Source of the DNA: an uncultured Methylomirabilota bacterium | GTDB lineage: Bacteria > Methylomirabilota > Methylomirabilia > Methylomirabilales > 2-02-FULL-66-22 | DNA length: 64,000 bases | Reading direction: 5' to 3' | Assembly (NCBI GenBank): GCA_963705305.1 | Contig: OY970067.1 | Span: 64,001-128,000, forward strand | Shown here: in pieces, positions 1-9,181 of the stretch | Position numbering within the stretch: position 1 is the stretch's first letter | Layout: the number at the start of each line of letters is the position of its first letter | Program-made: the position numbers and the translations under genes | Notes under the pieces: model-generated | Databases searched by the model: none | What the model saw: only the letters and a program-made list of their open reading frames with translations | Told to the model about the DNA's origin: nothing

Positions 1-378
1 CACGCCGAACAGGGTGGGGAACGGACGCGGGTCCGTCCCCCACCAGATCGCCACGACCTGCTGGATCATCAGTGCCGCGGCCAGGGTCGTGAGGACGTAC
101 AGATGCTGCTCGATGCTCTTCAGGACGGGCCGGACGGCCACCAGTTCGGTGAGGTAGCCGTACGCCATGGACACGCCCATGGCGGCCGGGAATCCGAGCC
201 AGAGCGGGAACCCCAGCACCCCCAGGAACCACGCCCCGAACACGGCGCCGATCATGCCGAGCTGCCCGGGGGTAAAGCTCACCACCTTGGACGTGGCATA
301 CATCAGATTGTAGCTTATTCCTATCAGCGCATAGATGGCGCCGATCGCCATCCCGGCCACCAGAATGGTGATGACCAT
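1..378 (-). CDS. Branched-chain amino acid ABC transporter permease (LivH-like), runs off window start
   Basis: Manual translation MVITILVAGMAIGAIYALIGISYNLMYATSKVVSFTPGQLGMIG matches the LivH N-terminal pattern; directly downstream of the binding-protein gene. Confidence 0.85.
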   Translation of the reverse strand, partial: MVITILVAGMAIGAIYALIGISYNLMYATSKVVSFTPGQLGMIGAVFGAWFLGVLGFPLWLGFPAAMGVSMAYGYLTELVAVRPVLKSIEQHLYVLTTLAAALMIQQVVAIWWGTDPRPFPTLFGV

Positions 379-396
379 CGCGCGTCCCTCCGCCCC

Positions 397-1593
397 CTAT
401 TTCCCGTACCCGGGGGCGATTGCGTAGGCGCCCGCGTGGAACGAATTGGCCTGGTTCATCACGACGTCATCCGTGGGGTAGCCGTTGTGGTTGGTCGGGG
501 AGTAGGTGCAGCTCGTGCAGTAGACGCCGTGGAAAGGCTTGCCCGCCTCCAGCGCGCGCTTGAAGTCCTCCGGCTTGGCGGATTTGGCCTCCTCCACCGT
601 CTGCTTGATGAGCTCGATGGAATCCATCCCCAGCCCCACCCACCAGAGCATGGTGTCGTCCAGCTTCACGCCCGCCTTGCTCACCTCGTCGACGAACTGC
701 TGGGTCTTCGGCGGCAGGTTGCCGTTCGCATCAAAGCTCATGGGACGGTAGCCGACGTTGTACACGTTGTTCCAGTTCTCCGGCTTGGCCAGGAGCGGCT
801 TGACCGCGCCGGCGCCCAGAACCGGGTGCCCCGCAAACGGCACGTTCCAGTTCAGCTCGGCCCGGCCGTTCATCAGCCGGGAGTTGAGGCCGGCGGAATC
901 GGTCCACACGATCATGACTTCGGCACCGGAGCTTTGGGCCTTGCGGAGGTCTGCCATGACGTCGGTCTGGCTCGCCTCGACGAGCCCCTTGTAGACGATA
1001 TTCGCCCCCCGCGCCTTCAGCAGCTGCTCGGACAGGTTCACCGACATGGTTCCGTAGCCGGTGCTGTCGCCGATGATCCCGATCTTCTTGGCCTTCAGGA
1101 TCTTCAGCGCGTACGTCAGCACCGCCTCCTGCCACTGCATGTTGTCGTTGGAGACGCGGAAGGAATAGGGAAATTTGGCGACGTCGATGAGCGAGTCCAC
1201 CACCCCGATCGGGAGGCTCGGCACCTTGTAGCGCGCGATCACGGGCTGGGTTGCCAGGCACTCCCCCGAGTTGGTGGGGCCGATCGTGAACTCCACCTTG
1301 TCGTTGTTGATCATCTCCAGCACGGCATTGACCGCCTTGGTCGGATCGCCCTGGGTGTCCCGGCTCACGATCTCGATCTTCCGGCCCATGACGCCTCCGG
1401 CCTTGTTGATCACGTCGACGGCATAGCGGATCCCACGGTCCTGGCCGATCCCCGGCGTGGAGTTGGGGCCGGTCAGGGCCACCGGCCAGCCGATCCTGAG
1501 GGGAGGGGCACTGGCCGCCCAGACTGGAACTGCGCCCAAGGCAATCGACACGACGGCAAGAATGCCTACGATGACCGCACTCTTTTTCTGCAT
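397..1593 (-). CDS. ABC transporter substrate-binding protein (LivK/Peripla_BP_6 type)
   Basis: Signal peptide MQKKSAVIVGILAVVSIALGAVPVWA; IGWPVALTGP, INKAGGVMGRKIEIVSRDTQGDP; GGAGG SD upstream of ATG 1593. Confidence 0.9.
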   Translation of the reverse strand: MQKKSAVIVGILAVVSIALGAVPVWAASAPPLRIGWPVALTGPNSTPGIGQDRGIRYAVDVINKAGGVMGRKIEIVSRDTQGDPTKAVNAVLEMINNDKVEFTIGPTNSGECLATQPVIARYKVPSLPIGVVDSLIDVAKFPYSFRVSNDNMQWQEAVLTYALKILKAKKIGIIGDSTGYGTMSVNLSEQLLKARGANIVYKGLVEASQTDVMADLRKAQSSGAEVMIVWTDSAGLNSRLMNGRAELNWNVPFAGHPVLGAGAVKPLLAKPENWNNVYNVGYRPMSFDANGNLPPKTQQFVDEVSKAGVKLDDTMLWWVGLGMDSIELIKQTVEEAKSAKPEDFKRALEAGKPFHGVYCTSCTYSPTNHNGYPTDDVVMNQANSFHAGAYAIAPGYGK

Positions 1594-2185
1594 TGATCTA
1601 TCCCTCCTCGCGATTCCCGCCCAGAACACGACGACCCCGAACGGATTCCCGCTGCATCGACCATGTCCCGCCGGACCACCATCGGCGGCGCGCGGTGGAG
1701 CCCGCGGTGACTCCGGCACCCCGCACCTCCCGCATCCCCTATGGATGGTTTGCGGACCGCTGTCCATACGCCCACGCCCAGACCGCGACGGGCAGGAAGG
1801 TGGATCCACCGCGGCATCCGCCCGTCGCCTCGCTGGCTGAGGAAGAGACCGGAGGAGCGATGCTCGCCGCCGACCGACGCGTGCCGTGTCGATCGGCCTG
1901 CCCCTCGACCCTGCCGTGGGCCCTCGTGTGCCCCTTGTCTTTCACCACCAGCGCTGCCGTCTCATCTGTCAGGCGATTCCAGTTTCTCCACCGATCTCGG
2001 GCTGGCCCAACGAGGCCGGGATGCGGATCGAAACTGATGTGCCGCCGGGTGAGCTTGAGGGAGGGGGCGATGTTCATATTCCCGCTGCCCATCGTAAGAC
2101 CGCCGCGGCGCGGGTGAAGCGGGAAAGTCACTGCTGCAGAGCCGACACGGCTCCGGTGACTGCGGCTGGCCAGCATGGCGGGTGG

Positions 2186-2213
2186 ATGATACCGCTACCA
2201 TTCCTCGTGTCAA
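2186..2213 (-). promoter_or_regulatory. Putative sigma70 promoter
   Basis: TTGACA-N16-TATCAT on minus strand with an AT-rich upstream tract (2218-2240). Confidence 0.55.
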
Positions 2214-2743
2214 GGAGTTTCTTATCAAAAAAACATCTTGTACTCGGCGATGGATGATGATGGCGGCACCCCTTCCACCGCACGTGAAGGTCCGGATTTC
2301 CACCCATGGGCCCGAGGGCCGGCATTCCTCCACGAATCGTGTCGCTCCCTGTCAGGCGGCTAACCTTCCCAGGCCGAACCCAGGGTGGAGCCCGCCGGGA
2401 ATCGCACGCCACACGATGTGGATCCCTGGCGGAGCCGATGGCCAGCGCTCAACGTCGCCGGCAGGCCGGGCGGGAGCCGGGAGAGGGACGAGTTCGGCAG
2501 GCTGGGCGGTCTGCCGTGCGCCCTTGTCATGGACCTGAGCCGAAAGCAGCCCTCCTGAAATCTGGACTGGAAGTCCAGCCATTTCCGGCGCAGGCCATCG
2601 AAGAGCAGCCCACAACAGTGGAAAAGGAACGGAGGGGGCTCCGAGGCTTGCAAGATTGATCGGTTAGGTCTTCATCCGGGATTCCGGCACGACCCGCAGT
2701 CCGCCGGAGGCCCTCGCCGCTTGGCTGAAGATCGCCGGTTCCG

Positions 2744-4165
2744 CTACCGGAAGAGATCCCGCTCGGCGGGGCGGACCAGGGCGCTGGCCCGTCCGTCGCC
2801 GCGCGGGAAGCGGTAGCCGCGGATGCGCACGACCGGGATGCGCTCTAGCTTGCCCATCATCAGGCCGGCGGCTGCGGCCAGCTCGTCGGCCACTGCCAGC
2901 TCCGTCGCACGCAGGAGGTGCCCGTGGGGGTCGTACTGCCCGATGTAGCTGACCAGTGGGGCCAGGCCCGCCGCCCCGATTGCCACGTTGGTCAGCCCCT
3001 CCCGCCAGGGGCGGCCGAACGTGTCGGAGACGATTACCGCGATCTCCGCGCCGCCCCGCTCGGCCAGCGCCTTGCGCAGGGATTCGGCCGAGGCATCCGG
3101 TTCCAGCGGCAGGAGGCAGACCCGCTCTTCCCCCGGCACATTGGAGGCGTCCACACCGGCATTGGCGCAGATGAAGCCGTGGCGGGTCTCCGCGATGATC
3201 ATCCCCCGGTCCATCCGGACGATGCGGCGGGATTCGCGCAGGACGACTTCCACGGCACGGGCGTCCTTGCTCCACGTCTCGGCGAACTGGCGCGCCAGGG
3301 GTGAGGGGGCGACGTCCCGGAGCGAGACCAGCCGGCCCTCGGCCTTGGAGACCACCTTCTGGGCCACCACCAGGACATCGCCCGTCAGCAGGCGGTCCCC
3401 GCGCCGGGCCGCGGCCTCCAGGATCAATCCTGCCAGGTCGTCTCCTTCTTTCACCTCGGGGATGCCGGGCAGCCCAACCAAGACGATTCCGTGTTGCTCT
3501 CCCCGGTCCGGCGTCCCTGTCACGCCTGCCGCCTCGAGAAACGCCCGCGTCCGGGTGGTCCCGGGAAGGGCCAGGAGGGCGGCGAGATCCTCCGGCTCGT
3601 CCACGTCCACCGCCAGCCGGGGCAGCGTCAAGGAGCACCAGGCCAGTCCCCGCGCGTCCGCCTCGGCCTGATGCTTGCGGAAGCTGTCAAACCCGAATCG
3701 CGACGGAATGGCCTCCGGCGGCCGGCGCCAGATAGCGTTAGTCCCCTTGGCGTCCCTGGAGGGCACCAGGATGACGGAGCGCCCCTCCGTCGCCTGCTCC
3801 AGAATGGCCGCGAGGTCTTCCGTGCGGATGGCGGGGACATCGGCCGGGATGGTGAGGAGGGCTTCCACTTCCTGCTCGGCGCAGACGCGGGAGGCCGCAT
3901 CCACCGAATAGCTCTCCGATCGCTGCTCGGCCTCCTCGATGATCAGCGCTCCGTGGCGGCGCGCCGCGCGCACGACCTCGAGGTCGGAGGTGGCCACGTA
4001 GACGGCATCCACCAAGGTCCCGACCGCCGGCATGACCGCCGAGAGGACGTCCTCCAGCATGGTGAGGGCCAGCCGCTGCCTGGCGGCCTGGTCTAGGATC
4101 CCGGCCAGGCGCCCCTTGGCACGGGCCGTGGCCTTCACCGGAACCAGGACCGCCGTGCGGGTCAT
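2744..4165 (-). CDS. cofC-cofE: Fused CofC (phospholactate/PEP guanylyltransferase) + CofE (F420-0:gamma-glutamyl ligase)
   Basis: N-half: VPVK..AKGRL, IPADVP, GTNA, FGFDSFRKH, AVDVDEPEDL (CofC). C-half: PGIPEVKEGDDL, KVVSKAEGR, ICANAGVDASN, DTFGRPWREG, AVADELA (CofE). One uninterrupted 473-aa ORF. Confidence 0.92.
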   Translation of the reverse strand: MTRTAVLVPVKATARAKGRLAGILDQAARQRLALTMLEDVLSAVMPAVGTLVDAVYVATSDLEVVRAARRHGALIIEEAEQRSESYSVDAASRVCAEQEVEALLTIPADVPAIRTEDLAAILEQATEGRSVILVPSRDAKGTNAIWRRPPEAIPSRFGFDSFRKHQAEADARGLAWCSLTLPRLAVDVDEPEDLAALLALPGTTRTRAFLEAAGVTGTPDRGEQHGIVLVGLPGIPEVKEGDDLAGLILEAAARRGDRLLTGDVLVVAQKVVSKAEGRLVSLRDVAPSPLARQFAETWSKDARAVEVVLRESRRIVRMDRGMIIAETRHGFICANAGVDASNVPGEERVCLLPLEPDASAESLRKALAERGGAEIAVIVSDTFGRPWREGLTNVAIGAAGLAPLVSYIGQYDPHGHLLRATELAVADELAAAAGLMMGKLERIPVVRIRGYRFPRGDGRASALVRPAERDLFR

Positions 4166-5115
4166 GTCAGCTCTCCAAGAAGCCGCAGGAGGAGATGCGC
4201 CACCCGCCGCTTTTCGTCCGGGCCGCGCATGACCGTGTCCCCCGCATGCACGCGGATACCCAGCGCCTCGATCTCCGCGGCCTGCCGCGCATCCGCCTGG
4301 TCGATCAGCATGCCCTCCAGCTTGCCCAGGATGGAGGTGTAGAAGCGCGCCACCCCCAGCGGCGACACCTCCACACCAGCCCAGCGGAGGAACTTATCGG
4401 TCGGCCCCTTGAGCGACTTCCCGCCGACCACCGGGCTCACAGCGACCAGCGGGATGCTGCGCGTCCGCAGGCGATCCAGCAGCCTGGGGATTGCCAGCAT
4501 GGGTCCGATACTGGCCACGGGGTTGCTGGGGGCGATGACGATCGCCTCTGCCTCGGCCATGGCGGCGAGCACCTCTTGGCTCGGCCGGGCCCGGGCGCTC
4601 CCCCGGTACTCCACCCCCCGCACCTCGTCAACGGCGCCGCGCTGGACCAGATACTCCTGAAAGTGGAGGGACCGCATGGTCCCGTCGCCGACCAGCACGT
4701 ATGTTCCCACCGGACCGTCCGTCATCGGAAGGATGCGCACCTCGACTCCCAGCGCGCGGCGGACAGTCTCGGTCACCTCGGTCAAGCGTCGTCCCGCCCG
4801 CAGGGCCTGCGTGCGGAAGATGTGCGTGGCGATGTCCCGGTCCCCCAGGTTGAACCAGGCGGGCTGGCCGTACCGCTTCAAGAGCTCCAGGCAGTGGAAG
4901 CTGTCGCCCGCAAAGCCCCACCCCCGCTCCACATCCACCAGCCCCGCCAGCGTGTAGGTGACGATGTCCACATCGGGCGAGATGGACAGGTCGTGAAGCC
5001 GGATGTCGTCGCCTGTGTTGACGACGGCGGTGAGAAGCGCCTGCGAATGCTCTTGAGCCAGGCCCCACAGCAGCTTCGATCCTCCCACGCCGCCGGCCAG
5101 AACGACGATGCGCAT
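4162..5115 (-). CDS. cofD: 2-phospho-L-lactate transferase
   Basis: LAGGVGGSK, VNTGDD, ISPDVD, WFNLGDRD, HFQEY, PSNPVASIGP motifs; F420 cluster context. Confidence 0.95.
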   Translation of the reverse strand: MRIVVLAGGVGGSKLLWGLAQEHSQALLTAVVNTGDDIRLHDLSISPDVDIVTYTLAGLVDVERGWGFAGDSFHCLELLKRYGQPAWFNLGDRDIATHIFRTQALRAGRRLTEVTETVRRALGVEVRILPMTDGPVGTYVLVGDGTMRSLHFQEYLVQRGAVDEVRGVEYRGSARARPSQEVLAAMAEAEAIVIAPSNPVASIGPMLAIPRLLDRLRTRSIPLVAVSPVVGGKSLKGPTDKFLRWAGVEVSPLGVARFYTSILGKLEGMLIDQADARQAAEIEALGIRVHAGDTVMRGPDEKRRVAHLLLRLLGELT

Positions 5116-5140
5116 GGATTACCACCTCTCCTCACAGTGC

Positions 5141-5335
5141 GGACAACAGGGCCAATGAAAACGGACAACGGACAACCGGTCATTTCACCCTATTCCGAAA
5201 ATATCTCACCGCCAAAGCGCCAAGGGAAAATTCGAAGTTCGAAGTTCGAAATTGAAAGGGGTGATCTTGGCGTCATGGCGGTTCAAGTCGGCTCAAGGTT
5301 CATTTCCGGGCATTGGCCCGTTGTCGGTTGTCGGC
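5141..5335. repeat. Nested palindromic intergenic repeat (outer ACGGACA/TGTCGGT arms, family-B CACCGCCAA element, TTCGAA core)
   Basis: ACAACAGGGCCAATG pairs with CATTGGCCCGTTGTC; inside lies TTCCGAAAATATCTCACCGCCAAAGCGCCAAG...(TTCGAAG)n...CTTGGCGTCATGGCGGTT. Confidence 0.75.
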
Positions 5336-5338
5336 TCT

Positions 5339-6004
5339 TCATTCTTCTTTGCCCATCTGCGGGAGCCCAGTCACGCGGATTCCCGCGGTCTTGATCTTGT
5401 AGCGGCGATTGATCTCGAGAAGCAGAACGGTGAGGCCCTCCACCACTTGGGCGTTCCGCGCCGGGCCAGCATCCACCGCCCGCAGCCCCAGCAGCCCCGC
5501 CAGCCCGCCGACCAGCCGGCGCGCCTCCTCATCTTCTCCGCATACCAGCACGTCGCAGTCGATCGGGCCTCCCTGGATCAGGTGGGTCTGGGACACATTC
5601 TGGAAGGCGGATACCACGCGGACCTCCGGCCCCAAGAGCAGCTGGGCCTCCTCGGCGGCCGAGCCGCCCGGCATCGTCCGCAGGCAGAGGGGATTCGCCG
5701 GGTCTATGGGGACCGTCACGTCCACCAGGATCTTGCCCCGTACCGCGTCCCGGATGTCCCAGAGCGTTTCCTCGTGGGCTGCGTAGGGAACGGTGAGCAC
5801 TACGATCTCGCCGGCTGCCGCCGCCTCGAGGTTGATGCGCCCGGCGGCCGCCCGGCGGCCCACGGCGGCATTGATCCCCTCCGCCGTCTTCGCCGCCCGC
5901 TCCGCTTTCCTGGAGCCGATGATCACTTCCTGGCCAGCGCGCGCCCACCCGGTGGCCAGCCCCCGGCCCTCTTTCCCACTTCCGCCCACGATGGCAATGC
6001 GCAT
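5339..6004 (-). CDS. npdG: NADPH-dependent F420 reductase (F420H2:NADP+ oxidoreductase)
   Basis: MRIAIVGGSGKEGRGLA, IGSR, LTVPY, GSAAEEAQ, VVSAFQNVS, EGLTVLL..INRRYK. Confidence 0.92.
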   Translation of the reverse strand: MRIAIVGGSGKEGRGLATGWARAGQEVIIGSRKAERAAKTAEGINAAVGRRAAAGRINLEAAAAGEIVVLTVPYAAHEETLWDIRDAVRGKILVDVTVPIDPANPLCLRTMPGGSAAEEAQLLLGPEVRVVSAFQNVSQTHLIQGGPIDCDVLVCGEDEEARRLVGGLAGLLGLRAVDAGPARNAQVVEGLTVLLLEINRRYKIKTAGIRVTGLPQMGKEE

Positions 6005-6196
6005 GGCGCGTCCTTTAGTTTTGGTGCAATGCAACCATATGGCTCTTTGCCATAGCCGAGCCGGGGGGCCGGCCGCCGCCGCCTTCTCCGTCATTCCCGC
6101 CCCGGCTTCCACCGGGGCGGCGCAAGGCGGGCTAGACCGCGACTAGAGATCATTCCGGTAAAGACCGGGACCGGGGTAACGACACGAACGGCCCGG

Positions 6197-7369
6197 TCAG
6201 TTTGCGCTTTCAGCCGGGAAGATCTTCAGAAGCTCGTATCGCGTGTTGCGCTCGGCCGGGATGCGGCCGAGTTCGCGGATGCGCTGGTGAAATTCCTCGG
6301 GCGGAAGGTAGTCGCCGGCCGTGGCACCAGCCAAGCGGGAGATGTTCTCCTCCATCAGCGTCCCACTGTAGTCGTTGGCCCCCGCCTGGAGGCAGCGCTG
6401 GGAGACCTCTCGGCCCAGCTTCACCCACGAGACCTGAATGTTGTTGATGCGCCCTTGAAGCATGAGCCGGGCCAGCGCGTGCACTTTCAGGTGCTCCGCC
6501 ATCGTGGGTCCCGGCCGGGTCTTACCCTCCTGGAACACGTGGGTGTTGAAGTGGACGAAGCCGAGGGGCACGAACTCGGTGAAGCCTCCTGTCTCGCGCT
6601 GGATATCTCGCAGCAGGCAGAGCTGGTTGACCCAGTGGACGGGGTGCTCTACATGGCCGTACATCATGGTCGAGGTCGTGGGGATACCCAGCCGGTGGGC
6701 CGTGGTGATCACCTCCACCCATTGCTGGACCGTCACCTTCTTGCGCGAAAGGATCTGGCGTACGTCGTCGTCCAAAATCTCTGCCGCCGTGCCGGGAAGG
6801 CTTCCCAAGCCCTCGGCCTTCAGCATCCCCAGGTACTCCACGAGCGGCAGGCCCGTCTTCTCCACCCCGTAGACGACCTCCATGGGCGAGAAGGCATGGA
6901 TGTGAAGCTCGGGCGCGGCCCGCTTGATGGCCCGCAATATGTCGCGGTAGTGAAACCCATGCATTTCGCGGGGAAGCCCGCCCTGTACGCACACCTCGGT
7001 GGCGCCCCGCTCGCGGGCCTCCACAGCCCGACGGGCGATCTCCTCGAAGGTCAGATCGTAGGCGTCGGGAGCATTGGGGCCGGTGCTGAAGGCGCAGAAT
7101 TTGCACCCGATGATGCAGATATTGGTGAAGTTGATGTTCCGGTTGACCACGTAGGTGACGAGGTCTCCCGTGCGCCGCCGGCGAACCTCGTCGGCGACAG
7201 CCGTCAGAGCGTCGAGCGCATCCGGGCCCACCTCGGCCAGGACCAGCCCCTCCTCGCGGCTCAACTCTCGCCCCTCCAGGGCGCGGTCAAAAATGCGGGC
7301 TATGGCCGGGCGAGCATGGCCCGCCGCCGTCTCCGCCGCACACGGCAACAGCACCTTCGTCATCACCAC
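6197..7369 (-). CDS. cofH: FO synthase subunit 2 (radical SAM)
   Basis: VTYVVNRNINFTNIC..GCKFCAF (CX3CX2C), LPGTAAEIL, TTSTMMYGHVE, TGGFTEFVPL, NIQVSWVKLG, GTLMEENIS. Confidence 0.93.
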   Translation of the reverse strand: MVMTKVLLPCAAETAAGHARPAIARIFDRALEGRELSREEGLVLAEVGPDALDALTAVADEVRRRRTGDLVTYVVNRNINFTNICIIGCKFCAFSTGPNAPDAYDLTFEEIARRAVEARERGATEVCVQGGLPREMHGFHYRDILRAIKRAAPELHIHAFSPMEVVYGVEKTGLPLVEYLGMLKAEGLGSLPGTAAEILDDDVRQILSRKKVTVQQWVEVITTAHRLGIPTTSTMMYGHVEHPVHWVNQLCLLRDIQRETGGFTEFVPLGFVHFNTHVFQEGKTRPGPTMAEHLKVHALARLMLQGRINNIQVSWVKLGREVSQRCLQAGANDYSGTLMEENISRLAGATAGDYLPPEEFHQRIRELGRIPAERNTRYELLKIFPAESAN

Positions 7370-7433
7370 TCCTTCTTCTCTCTCCGCCGATGCTCAGTTC
7401 CCTTCACGTCCTCTGCATTCTTATGAACGGCGA

Positions 7434-7578
7434 CCCGATATCTCACGCCAAGATCGCCAAGACAGGCACTTCAATTTCGAAATTCGAACTTCGAAATTCG
7501 AATTGTTCCGTCACCCCTGCACCCCAGATCCTCTGCACCCCTGCGCCCCCTCGCCCCCTCACCCTGTCTCCCCCTCAG
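7434..7578. repeat. Family-B repeat half-copy with TTCGAAA heptamer core followed by C-rich octamer repeats
   Basis: ATATCTCACGCCAAGATCGCCAAG...TTTCGAAATTCGAACTTCGAAATTCGAA, then ACCCCTGC-like octamers at 7511-7578. Confidence 0.7.
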
Positions 7579-8768
7579 CCCTCCTCGGAGACCAGTCCGT
7601 CACTTCCCGCCGCGGTCCGGATCCGCTCGGCCAGCTCGGGGGCTAGGTAGCCCGGGTGGTCCAGGATGTACTCGGGATACACCGGCAGCCGCTGGCGCAG
7701 GCGGAAGCCCCGCGCCTCGGTGGCGCGGCGGAGCGCCGCCAGCTGCGGCCAGGGCGCCTCGGGGTTGATGAAGTCGCGGGTCAGCGGCGAGACGCCGCCC
7801 CAGTCGTTGATTCCCGCATCCAGCAGCTGACCGTAGTCCTGGCTCAGGTTGGGCGGGGCCTGAAGATTCATAGAGGGTCCCAGGACCAGCCGGGCCACGG
7901 CCGTCGTCCGCAGCATCTCCTCCAAGGAAGGCTCCGGATGGTCGCGCATGGGGATGCCGGGCTTGCGCCGGAAGTTCTGGATGATGACCTCCTGCACGTG
8001 GCCGAACCGCAGGTGGAGGGCGCGGATGGCCAGCAGCGAGTCCACGCGCTCCGCGGGCGTCTCGCCGATGCCGATGAGAAGGCCTGTGGTGAACGGGATC
8101 CGGAGCCGGCCGGCCGCCTCCAGGACGCGCAGGCGGGCGCGGGGATGCTTGGTAACCGCGCCGTGGTGCGGCCCGCCGGCGTCCAGCAGGCGAAGGCTGG
8201 TCGTTTCCAGCATGAGGCCCAGGCTGGCGTTCAGCGGCTTGAGGGCGCGGAGATCCATCTCGGACATGAGGCCCGGATTGGCATGCGGGAGAAGGGCGGA
8301 GCGCGCCAGGACCATCCGGCAGGAGGCCCGGAGGTAGTCCAGCGTCCGGCGGTGTCCCATATCCTGTAAGATCCGCCCGGCCTCGGGGAAAATCGCCTCG
8401 GGGGCGTCCCCCAGGCTGAAGAGTGCCTCCGTGCAACCCAGGCGTTCCCCCTCCTCCGCCACGGCCAGCACCTCTTGCGGTCGCATGATCCAGCCGTCTG
8501 GCTCGGCCGGATCTCTGCGAAACGTGCAGTAGCCGCAGCGGTCGCGACACAGGTTGGTAAGGGGCAGGAACACCTTCCGCGAGTAGGTGATGGTCGTGCC
8601 CTTCCCCCGGTCGCGCAGCGCGGACGCCGCTTGGAGCAGCGGCTCCAATGGGGGGGCGCCCTCCAGGAGGCGGATGGCGGATTCGCGGGAGAGACCTTTT
8701 CCCGTTGCAGCCGATTCCAGGACCGCGGTCAGCTCATCGGCCGCGGACCAGGCAGTGGGAGGTGCCAC
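7575..8768 (-). CDS. cofG: FO synthase subunit 1 (radical SAM)
   Basis: ITYSRKVFLPLTNLCRDRCGYCTF, LLPHANPG, IPFTTGLLIGIGET, QEVIIQNF, QAPPNL, GINDWGGVSP..D.INPE.PWP. Confidence 0.95.
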   Translation of the reverse strand: MAPPTAWSAADELTAVLESAATGKGLSRESAIRLLEGAPPLEPLLQAASALRDRGKGTTITYSRKVFLPLTNLCRDRCGYCTFRRDPAEPDGWIMRPQEVLAVAEEGERLGCTEALFSLGDAPEAIFPEAGRILQDMGHRRTLDYLRASCRMVLARSALLPHANPGLMSEMDLRALKPLNASLGLMLETTSLRLLDAGGPHHGAVTKHPRARLRVLEAAGRLRIPFTTGLLIGIGETPAERVDSLLAIRALHLRFGHVQEVIIQNFRRKPGIPMRDHPEPSLEEMLRTTAVARLVLGPSMNLQAPPNLSQDYGQLLDAGINDWGGVSPLTRDFINPEAPWPQLAALRRATEARGFRLRQRLPVYPEYILDHPGYLAPELAERIRTAAGSDGLVSEEG

Positions 8769-8780
8769 GTCACTCCCCTG

Positions 8781-8974
8781 GCAGGCCGCTGAAAAAGTCC
8801 CATCTGCCGGGTACCCATCTGATGGGTGCCCAGCCTTCGGCCGGGTACCCGCCCACTCCCGCGGCGCTGCGGCGTACGGGCTAAGTACGCCTCGCGCCTC
8901 AGATCACGTGGCGCGTGGCATCTGGGCCTTTTTGAGCGGCCTGAGCAAAAGCGGCCTTTTTAGCCTCTCGCTAG
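8781..8974. repeat. Family-A palindromic MITE/REP-like element, copy 1
   Basis: CAGGCCGCTGAAAAAGTCCCATCTGC...GCATCTGGGCCTTTTTGAGCGGCCTG inverted ends; internal GCGGCGTACG..AAGTACGCCTC shared with copies at 12001 and 42419. Confidence 0.8.
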
Positions 8975-9181
8975 GCGCCGAACCGTTAAGAAGCCCGCCG
9001 ATTGCCCACCGGCTCGAACTCTTCGGCGCCGCACGATGTCCGGGAAGGCGGGGATTGAGTCTACTCCACTATCCGCCATTTCGGAACAAGAGACTGGGGT
9101 ACGGCCAATGACCAGCGAGGAATTATCAATGGCCAAAAGGAAATGACCAATGGCAAATGGGAAGTGATCAAATGACCAAAG

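Noticed and set aside
103..1596. 497-aa plus-strand ORF
   Set aside because: Antisense shadow of the binding-protein and permease genes; no motifs; typical of high-GC DNA
1739..2176. 145-aa minus-strand ORF in the long leader
   Set aside because: No recognisable domain, no clear SD and low-complexity composition; not called as a CDS
5229..5256. TTCGAA tandem units (also 7470-7504 and 23635-23668) as a CRISPR array
   Set aside because: Units are 7 nt with no unique spacers and no cas genes
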